Origin: Intoshia linei
Lineage: Eukaryota; Animalia; Orthonectida
Assembly (NCBI GenBank): GCA_001642005.1
Contig: LWCA01000128.1
Location: 1-49,425 of the forward strand
Length of the DNA: 49,425 nucleotides
Direction: 5' to 3'
Each line of letters starts with the position of its first letter. The first letter of the stretch is position 1. Of the stretch, positions 39,300 through 49,425 are shown one piece after another. Made by a program: the position numbers and the translations under genes. Under the pieces are notes generated by a model. That model did not search any database, was not told the DNA's origin, and saw nothing but the letters and a program-made list of their open reading frames with translations.

Positions 39300-40239
39300 G
39301 GTGGATTAACTAACGCATTTTAATAAATATTTTGTATTACTTATTATTATTATCTTAATATCTCTTGAAAATCCGACTTAGTAACAAGTAGGGTTGAATT
39401 TTTATCAATTATATTGGATAAACCAATTTCAATATATTTGTAAATATACAGTACATACCCTGTTCTACGCTGCAAATAAAGATTTTCCTAAAAAATATTG
39501 AAAAATAGTTTATTATCTGAATTCTCATTGGTTGATATATCAAAATTAACAACAAATATGAATATTACACGAATTATCTTTATTTTTTGAGTTAAACAGA
39601 GAAAGACGTCGAACAGAGGTGTAACACTTGTAAGACTTACAAATTCAATTAAAAAAATATAACAATGTCCACTTAAAAGTTTTTCTAATCTTAATTTAAT
39701 AGAAACTAAAATTTTTAATAATAAAACGAATACGCATTATACCTAATATAACTTAAATACACTATAAATCAACTATGTATTCCTATTCTAATAATTAAAA
39801 ATATGTAAAACAATATTTAATTGTAATTATTTATCTATTCGAAATTAAATTAGAATAGTCTAGATTCCTGTCTTCCATAATAATATTATAATACAGTGTA
39901 ATCCATAAATTTGTCTTAAAATCCAAAAATATAGATGAATTTATCAATTAAAAAGGATTAACTTCTGATACACATCGAGAATTAGTTCTTTTTTTAAATT
40001 TGAGATATTTCTGGAGCGATCTTTTAAAATATTTAGCTTTGAGAGGATCGCTCAGCTACCTCATTTGTCAAAAGTACGTCCAATCTCGGTTGAGACGTAT
40101 ATTTGCGTTTATAAGAAAAAAAATGCATTTTTTTGCCCTTTTAAGAGACAAATTTAGTTAAACGTACATTTTTGATTGATGTATTATTGATACACATTTA
40201 TTTCATACATCAAACCAAATATTTACAACATTCTTCCAA

Positions 40240-40860
40240 ACTTTATGTTTCTAAAACCCAAAATATATGCCATTAATGCTAAATTAGCGCGAATGTTCTA
40301 TCTGACATTTGACATATTTGATAATTTTAACTTTCTTTCCACTATTTTATAGGCATTACACAGTTTTTCTCATTCAGCATAGTCATCGTTGTATTAATTT
40401 CCACCTTTTGGCATATCAATTTCTCCTATGTAGAATTTTCCATTCCAAATTAACCATAATACAAATTCATAATTAAAATTTGAACTGCATTAGGACAAAA
40501 AATTTCATCCATATATATTTTTAACAATCTATCTAAAATATGGCGCTGGCAGCCATAATATTGAACATTATAATTTTAACATTTTTATCACTATATTTTT
40601 TCCGTTGTATAGACGTTGCATGTATTATATATAATCATGTAAATATTTTCTGCTACACTATACATTTCGATGGTATCTTTTATAGCACAGAAAATTGTGG
40701 CTGCAGTTCCAATTTTTAAATGAATTAATTAATTTAGATGAACATCAATTGGAATGCTTCTATTTTCTTCGCATTGGACGTATATCACCAATTACTCAAC
40801 TACTTGATTTGACAAATTTTTACATCGACGACCATCAAAATGTAGACTCATTTTTTTATC
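40240..40860 (-). pseudogene. Decayed DDE DNA-transposase relic with CxxH motif (superfamily unassigned)
   Basis: A single frame at 40860-40501 reads MSLHFDG...GTAATIFCAIKDTIE...MIIYNTCNVYT...QYYGCQRHILDRLLK with stops. MSNVR*NIRANLALMAYIL follows at ~40260-40315. The element probably extends beyond these bounds. Confidence 0.55.
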
Positions 40861-41476
40861 CGATATTGAATATTTGTATTTGTTATTTAATACTACTTAT
40901 TTATTATCTATTTCAATTATTTAAGACTTAGATTGAGTTTAATTTAAACTCTCAATGAAAAATATGTATAAATTATAGAAATATTATACAAAATAAACTA
41001 TAATATACATGACAAGTTAAAAACTTTAAACCTCGTGCGCAACTCAACCCCACAATTTTTGCAGATTTTAATGCTGACATGATGTTTGTAATTATAATAC
41101 TAGACTGATTTTTACTAAGGCTAAAAGAGATTCCATTATGTAAAACACCCTAGTGAAGATATAACATATCCAGAGTTATCAGAATATCTAAGTTTAACTG
41201 AAAAAATAAAAGTCATGACCTCAAGGATCTCTCCATCGGCTCTAATTGATATTTATACCCTTGAAACAAAATTATCTCAAATAAAAAAAACAAACCAAAA
41301 TATTCCAATACATTCAAAAATCTGATAAATTTATATATAAAAAATATTAAATGTAAATAATTTTTTAAATTTCAGTAACTAGAATTAACATTTCATCTAT
41401 TTTATTTTATTGAGCGATATTAAAAAAGTCTAAAAATAACTTCTCTTTACCCCACTTATTTGAATAACTATTTCAA

Positions 41477-43106
41477 TCCTAACCTATATAAATTGCGACG
41501 CGATTTTTGTTTGTGTATGTGTTTGTTCAACTTTATTTAAATAACTATCCGTCTTAGAATTTTTTAAAGACCACATTTCAATTACAGTTTTTTCCGGGAC
41601 GTATAATAAGATATATTTCAACCTCCAAATTTTACATTTTAAGGGTCAAAAACCCCTGTTGTTCCTATTTTGAAAAGCAAACAAGTTGGAGAATTTAAAA
41701 CAATATATACGCTGATGCGAATTTTAAAATCATAAACATTATCATAAATTTAAATTGCTGATGCGGATTTTAAAATCATAAACATTATCATAAATTTAAA
41801 TTTAAAAAAATACACTGATGCGGATTTTAAAATCATAAACATTATCATAAATTTAAATTTAAAAAAATTATATTTTCATTGCTAAAACCACAAATTCCCT
41901 TCCTTTTTTTTGAAAAAATCCCTAGAATTTCAAAAAATTTACAGGTGGTAGAGTTGTATCATGTTAACACACAAGTACAGTTGTATCCTGTTAACACACA
42001 TAAAAAATTTCAATCCGAATAAGTGACGACCTTCACAGTCAAAAAAGCATTTAATTCATATATTTTTTTCTGAAATATTTTATTAAAACAAAAAATGTGA
42101 ATAATTTACAGGTCCGAAAATTAAAAAAAAAAATTATTCTGATAGAACTTATTCCAGTTGATATAAATTGTTCGAAAATTTAAAAAAATAATTATTCTGA
42201 TAGAGCTTATTCCAGTTGATATAAATACAAAATTTCAACCCCAAGAAATCAACCATTCATAGTGAAAAATAATTTTTAATATATTATCAACCAATATTTT
42301 TCAAATATTTTGATTTAAAATTAAAAATGTAAATATTGATCCTACAATTTCAAAAAAAATGTGTATTGTACGTCTACACATTTCCAATTATAATAAAAAT
42401 CTATATAATTCATTCCTTCGGTATTTTTTTCATTGCTACGCAATTTTTAAATTTTTATTTTCCAAACATTTTTTATAAACTTTAAATTTTAATACTACAG
42501 CAACGAATTTATAAAATTAAATTTATATTAACTGAAACGTTATGTTTTTTATTGATAATTTTTACAAATTTAACATAAAATGGTAAAAAAAAAAGTAACA
42601 TTTACAAGAAAAAAGGCCAAAAGTATGGTAAAATTTTTAACATCAATCATTTTTATATTACAATCCTTTGCAATAATGGTAAAATTCGACTAAAGATTCA
42701 TATAATTATTTATACACAATTTGTATTTTTAAGTATTTATTAAATTAATACTGAATATATGTCATCAGTGATGACATATATGATGATGATAACTCATCAC
42801 ATTGAAAATGACAAAATATGTTTTTATAATTTTATTTTTTTTGGAATTTATGACAATTTTTAGGATTGAACTGTTTTTACTTTATTTTTAATATGATACA
42901 CACATTCTGTCTAATAAATTAAAAAAATGGGATAATAATTGTTTATAAATTTTTTACGCAAATGTTAACAAAAAAAAGGATTGATAATAGTTAATAGTAG
43001 AATTTTTAAGTTAGATTTTCAACGTGAAATTTTTTTGGTTTAATAAAAAGAGTGCCCTCGGCAGAGCTAGGTGCTGTTTGTACGTAGTATAAAACTGTCA
43101 AGCTAG
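41477..43106 (+). mobile_element. Apparently full-length non-autonomous Helitron (~1.63 kb)
   Basis: Inserted at A|T: 5' a|TCctaacctatata followed by a GT-rich microsatellite-like tract; 3' imperfect hairpin then aagCTAG|t. No TSD. Several internal tandem duplications. Confidence 0.8.
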
Positions 43107-43602
43107 TTCATTATAAACATTCATATGTATTTACAATCTCCAATAAAGAAATATATCTATTCATAACTATATTTAATAATTTTAATTTTTAAAATAATTC
43201 CGTTAAATACGACGTTTCTATAGAAAAACATCCTGTTTAGCGGAATTCCTAAATTTTTGAGTTCCAAAAATTCCGTTAAATAGGACTTAGACTGTACTAT
43301 AAACCAGTGGTGGGCAAACTACAACCCGCGAGATCATGGTTCATACTTATGTTTACATTCAAATTTTGAAATTGATTGTTTACATCAGTGATTCTTAACC
43401 TGGGCGGTAGGACCCCCTTGGGGTGTATTTATACTCACATAGCAGTTTAAATATAAACACTAGCTTAATTTTTCCTACCTCAACAAAAAACTCCAAAATT
43501 TCTACTTTTTGAATCACCCTACTATACATACATTTATTTACAATTTACATTTAATTGTTAAAAACCAATACATTAATGTATACTTTAGTGAACATAAAGT
43601 CT

Positions 43603-46600
43603 TTACGACCGAATAGTAGTGCTTGCAAATGATAACTTTAACGTGGATGAATTTTGGAGAGCTAAATAAAAAATTAAACTTTAATAAAATAGGAATTAAT
43701 GGAAATTACCTTCATCGACAAACCGGTAATGCTGAATTCCCATAATAGCAGAAATAGCGTCATCTAAATTATCCCATTCCATTAAGCCGCTTTTACTTAT
43801 TGCAGCTAATTGAAATTTATTAATAAATATGATAAACAATGTTTATTAAACATACCTCTTCGTAGACATAATATTTCATCTGGCTCCTTTAATGATAATT
43901 TTTTAAACACCTAGAAAATTAATATTAAAATTTAAAGTAAGAGTACTTGGTTTATTTTATCCGATTTGAATGAAATAGGCACATGGGAAAAGAACAAGGT
44001 CCTTTTAGGGGCATAAAAACCTAAATACATAAATAATGAAAATGTAAATATATACATTCTAGCAGATAATTTTGTGGTTGAATATTTTGGTCGTGTTTTA
44101 AATTTACTATAATAATTTGAATAGGAAATTTAAAAAATAAACGCTCATCGAATGCAGGCCGTTACATGTTTTAATTTTAAAATAAAATTAGTGATAATGA
44201 CTGTAGTGCTGACAGTGGGTAAAAATTTTCCATATTAATTTTGAGAAAAATTATTTCCAAAAAGCATCAAAATATTAAATTAATTTACATTTAATTGTTA
44301 GTTTAGATTTTTTATCGATAAAATTAATCATTAGTTTGCATGCTGGCCCTCTATACAGCATATACATTCCTGGGTTACAAAAATATAATTACTCACAGGC
44401 TATCTAAACTAACATTTACAAGTAATAATTTATTATACTAGTAATTGAGATCAATCCTAATAATTTCAAATGGTAACCACATAGAAATCATCAATAGTAT
44501 TAGGCATGTTATAACAGAAACAAATAATGCGAAAATAAATAAAATTACGGGGACTATAATTTAATTCTATATTTATACTAAGCTTTAATTTAAGGTCATA
44601 TTGATCATAGTTTTATTGGGTAATCCGTTACTTTTTTAGAAAATATTTCTAATCAGTAAATTAGGGCAGAGGCGGCTCCACACTTTGTTAACGGCGGACT
44701 GGTAATAATTATAAAATTCATGCGAAATTACTATTCAACGTTAAAAAAAATTTTCCGACCAGCATTTGGGAAACGCTACATTAGTGTCTTAAATACAATG
44801 TCGACAGCATATCTTTATACCAGTATTACCGTACAGATGCTTATATTCATTTAAATGAGTGGTTCCAAGTTGGGGTCCCTGAGCCATTTGGGTTCAAAAG
44901 ATATTCAAATAAAATATACAAAAAATATTGATATCATCGCTAATATTAATAATTATTAATAGTAGTACTAATATTTGTTTATATTATAAATTTTAGGGTG
45001 TCAGACTCAATTTGCTTGGAATGCCAAATGTGAAAAAAATTATTACGCAAACCGCACAAGAAAAATCTTTAATCAAAACTATATTAAAGCTAACAATTTT
45101 AATAAAATGCAATAATTGTACAAATAATGTTAAAATTGAACCTATTATACCCAGACTTTTGTAAATCAAAAATAAGTCCTAGCAATCTCTCATAAGGTTT
45201 GGACTTTACAGTTTATATCTGAGACGCAAAACAGTTGAATAACATGAAAAAATTTAATACAGTAGACTCTGGAAAAGTGGTCACTTTTCGAGCGTCTAAT
45301 GTAACAAGTATTTGTCAGTGTACGATAAAACTGCCCACAGATGTGCCATAGTAAAGTTCAAAATTGTCCAAGATTGTGCCGTAATATTTTCAAATTCTGT
45401 GGCTCTAATTATCATGCTTAATAATATTACTATGAAATTTTGTTTTCTTAAATTTATTGAATGTAGTGGGTGCATATTCTGCAGATGAAAGAGTGCCATC
45501 GGCAAGTGATTGGGAATCATTAGAATGAAAGATTAAAAATGACAATTTGGAAAAACTAAAAGAACTATATAAAAGAAATACTGAAAATCAACATACGATA
45601 ATTCGAGTTTACTGCCATAAATACAAACACCATTCAAAAGCATAATTGTTCTTTTGCACTCAGAACGGTGTCTCATTTGAACCATACCACAATTTCGTCT
45701 GTTCAAAATTTTTATCTAGACAATTAACAACTGGGACAATTACAATTAAACCTTTACAATATTCCCGTATTGGCACATTAAATTGAACAATTTAGTGCAA
45801 TTAAATGCATTAGCCAAGCCCATAATCGCAAGGACACAACCAGATATGATACCGATATTCTTATACCCGGTAGGAGTATTAGGAATATGTACATTTTTAG
45901 TCCTCTAAATAATATTATAACTAATAAGGTAATAAAGTACCTTTGGATTAATTTCCCTAAAGGAAGATCCTTTTTGATAATCTAAGAAAGAAAATTTACT
46001 TGCCATTATGATGCTTAAAAATTTAAATTTAATTTATTTGTCAGCATTGTAAAAAATTTTCAGCTTTGGAAGCACTATTTCATCAGAGTACACTAATAAC
46101 ATAATACCTAGAACGAGTTTGAATGTTAATTTTCTCAGTGTCGACTGTATTATCATCTTTTTTTTCGATGATTCATTAATTAGTTAATTTAAATGTATTT
46201 CTTTTATTATTATTTACCAGTGTCCATCATATAATCGTATTCCGTTTCGGTATTTTCTCTGATGTATAATTGTGAAAACTATTAAAAATATAATATTATC
46301 CACTATCATTTAGTTATTTATTAGAAAGCTTTATTTTTATTTTTTGCCAATATTACCTCAGCGTAAGAAGTTCGTATAGTACAACATTCTAAATAAATAT
46401 CTGCGTCATTTAAATTTTTTTTTGCATCATTAGCTAGCGATATAGAGGAAAATCTAGTAACTAATTACCATATGAATTTGATAAAAAAACTCTACTAAAA
46501 TTTTAGATTTTGAAACAATAATGATTCTTAATCGAGAATCATACGGCTTTAAAATTTTTTTCATTACATTCTAAACATTTATACTAAAATCAAAAAGTGT

Positions 46601-47213
46601 TTACAATAGTGATGGGGTAAATGGGCTTTTCAATATCAAATCTGATTATTTTTACGCATCCATCAGTAGATCTACAATTAATAAAATCGTAATAATGGAC
46701 ATATAAGGTATTACATATAATCTTCAATGGTTTTATAGTACGAAAAAGAAGGTTGTCTAAAATTGTTCAACTTTCCTAAAGAGTCCGACTATCCAAGATT
46801 AAATTTAAACAATAGATATATTATTCATGTACCTTGCATGAACTTATCGCTAGAGTTGAACTGGCCACTTTCTAACCAAATTATAGCAAATAAGAAAAAT
46901 TAATTTTACCTCAAACTCAATTAAAACACGATCGAAGTTAGGCAGGATAAATATTCGTCTAAATAAAGTTAAATATTGAATTTGAGGAATTTACGTAATG
47001 TTTCCAAATTTATATCTAAATTCTTTATCAATATCTTCAATTGCCGCATTTTTACAGTGGAAAACAATAGTTCTACAAGGTTTTTCCTAAAATATAATGG
47101 TAATCTTTACAATGCAACATAATTACCCATTTAAATTTATCAACGTGACAAAGATTATTTCTTGTTAAGTTCATACGTTTCTTTTTACTGTTTACACAAA
47201 TTCTTTCTTCCAT
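43603..47213 (-). CDS. hnRNP L-like 4-RRM protein, paralog 2 (diverged), multi-exon
   Basis: EKPCRTIV, KPIYPIT, LNDADIYLECCTIR, FNCTKLFNLMCQYGNIVK, PKRTLFFSHVP, SGLMEWDNLDDAISAI, TLKLSFAS. Exon boundaries mirror paralog 1. Confidence 0.85.
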
Positions 47214-47319
47214 TTTGAATGAAAAAATTCAAAATATTAATTCAAATATCCAACAATAAAGTTGGTTTAGTGATAATTTAAGTTGCCGAAGTAATTCTAT
47301 TAACTTTGTGTCCTTTAGA

Positions 47320-48133
47320 CCAGTGGTGATGCTGATTTTGAAACATTGTTATTACATACCCAAGTACGATGGTTGTCAAAAGGAAAAGCATTAAAACGAG
47401 CATTTATACTTCATAATGAAATTCTACTTTTTTTGGAAAAATCAAATCATTATTTGCAGGAAAATTTTCAAGATGCTATTTGGCTATCTTCTCTGGCTTT
47501 TCTGGTTGATATTTTTGAATTATTAAATTTCTTAAATTTATCTCTCCAGGGAAAAGGCATTACAGTAATTGATTGCAATGAAAAATTAAAAGTTTTCCAG
47601 ATAAAAGTTCAATTATGGATAAAGAAAATGGATCAACGTAATTTTGCAATGTTTTCTGTATTTAATTCATATCTAGATGACGAGCATAGTTTTTACAACA
47701 GAAAGTCCTTTGGATAAAGAAATTAAAGAACATCTTCTCACTCTTAAAAATCATTCACTACTTCCCAACTATTAATGATACAGATGTATATAATTCCCTT
47801 ATAAGAAATCCATTTATATTTGATTTTGAACAGTTACCAGTGAAGGAGTTAGTATTCCAGGAAAAATTCATATAATTAATTAATGATGGCTCTGCCAAAA
47901 TAACATTTCCTAAAAGTACGATAACTGAATTTTGGATAGCTATGGCACAATCATATCCAAAATTTTCTAAAATGATTTTCAAAATACAAATAAAAACAAA
48001 ATCTAGAAACAGACTATATGTTAGTGATGATTTGAGATGTGCTTTATCCAAAACAGAACCAAGAATAGTTGAATTGTCAAAAATCAAACAATTTATTAGT
48101 TTATTATCAATTTATTTTCAAACATTAGTTTAA
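47320..48133 (+). pseudogene. hAT (Buster/Charlie, SCAND3/ZBED8-like) transposase relic, C-terminal part
   Basis: LLHTQVRWLSKGKALKR, LAFLVDIFELLNFLNLSLQG, IKTKSRNRL..DDLRCALSKTEPRI, with frameshifts. A cagtggt TIR-like start lies at ~47320. Confidence 0.9.
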
Positions 48134-48626
48134 TAAAATTTAATTTAATTAATAATGTTTGTGGGAGCTAAGGCTCATAATATATCAATTATTCTTGATA
48201 TTATTCAGTGGAAATATTCTTCCACAAAATTTTGAATGAGCACACTTCGACCTGTTCTTGATTCACTTCAATTCACTGTTTAGTAAGACCTCTATTTATA
48301 ACAATTTTTAGGATTGGTCTGTTTTTACTTTATTTTTAATATTATACACACCTTCTGTCTAATAAATTAAAAAAATGTGATAACAATTGTTTTTAAAATT
48401 CTTTACGCAATACTTTATACTATATATTACGAATACTTTAATTATGCGATAATTATTGTTTATAACACTGAACAACACTGAAAAAAAATAAGATAATATG
48501 CAAATATGAATTATAATTTTTAAATTTAAAGTTCTTTTTAAATTAAAGGCAGCATAAAAAGTGCCTACCTCACATTTGCACTCATCTATAGAAACGATAC
48601 AAAATTTACACATCTTTTATAATAAA

Positions 48627-48837
48627 CTAGCTTGGCAGTTTCGTACTACGTACAAACAGCACCTAGCTATGCCGAGGGCACTCTTTTATTATACCAAAAA
48701 AATAAATTCACGTTGAAAATCTAACTTAAAAATTCACTATTCACTATTATCGTTTTTTTTGTTTTGTTAACATTTGCGTAAAGAATTTAAAAACAATTAT
48801 TATCCAATTTTTTTAATTTATTAGACAGAATATGTAT
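48627..48837 (-). mobile_element. Helitron 3' end (minus strand), facing a plus-strand internal fragment at ~48300-48411
   Basis: Reverse complement of 42895-43106, including the hairpin and CTAG|T. 48300-48411 matches 42852-42963. Confidence 0.8.
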
Positions 48838-49425
48838 AACCTGTGTCCAAAAACAGCTTTTTTTGAGTGAACAAAAAGTAGCCCACGGGAAAAGATGAGT
48901 AATTTTGTGTATGTTGCGAATATGCTTTTTAAAATTTTTGAAATCAAAAAAAACCACCCACTTTTACTATAATGTTCCCCAAAAAATGAAAATATTTTGA
49001 AAATTGATAGTAAATTAAAAATGTTGGGTATTAAATTAAATAATTGGTATTGTATTTACATTTATGATGTGAAGAAAATTGTTCTCTATCAGATACAATT
49101 TTAAAAATGACCCATCTATTGACAAAAATAGTCCTAAGATGGACTAAACAATATAATTAAAACAATAGAAAAAACTATAAATTGATATAAAAAGTAAATT
49201 TTATATAGAATATATTTATAAATATTTATTACATTAGTTTAATCTCATTCGAAGGTCATTAAGATATCTAATCAAAACTTGTTCCAAATATTAGTGAATT
49301 TTGAGTGGTATATTTTCTCATTGGCCGTTCTAAATACCCTCTCATCCAATTTGTTGAAGAGTTAAGATCAAAATCTGACAAATTATTCTTGATAAGAACA
49401 TTTTTGGAGGCATCACATATTATGT

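Noticed and set aside
357-48613. Many short I/F/K/N-rich ORFs in the track (e.g. 836, 2530, 6499, 17625, 25613, 30847, 40695, 48359)
   Set aside because: They are low-complexity chance frames in AT-rich DNA, lie inside repeats, or are antisense to real exons.
48840-49425. Possible further DNA transposon end with a decayed ORF at the window edge
   Set aside because: No partner TIR or diagnostic motif is visible within the window.

Overview
Very AT-rich, gene-dense animal genomic DNA with many ~35-60 nt introns and a few kb-sized, transposon-filled introns. This resembles a compact-genome invertebrate such as an orthonectid, but that is inference only. Host genes in order: STPG1/SHIPPO-repeat (-), Scm/SCMH1-like Polycomb (+), diacylglycerol lipase (-), Drp1/DNM1L (+), IP3 3-kinase (+), and two convergent hnRNP L paralogs. 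Repeats include a multi-copy non-autonomous Helitron family, Tc1/IS630 relics, hAT MITEs, a hAT transposase relic and a decayed DDE transposase. The standout is a ~2.9 kb endogenous rhabdovirus-like element at ~31010-33900, antisense in a 5.7 kb intron of the IP3 kinase gene. It carries an L-polymerase core fragment followed by two diverged nucleoprotein (N) segments in non-canonical L>N>N order, bracketed by a Helitron 5' arm and a Helitron 3' terminus. All homology calls are manual motif matches from recalled family sequences, with no database searches. Gene spans include introns and TE boundaries are approximate.
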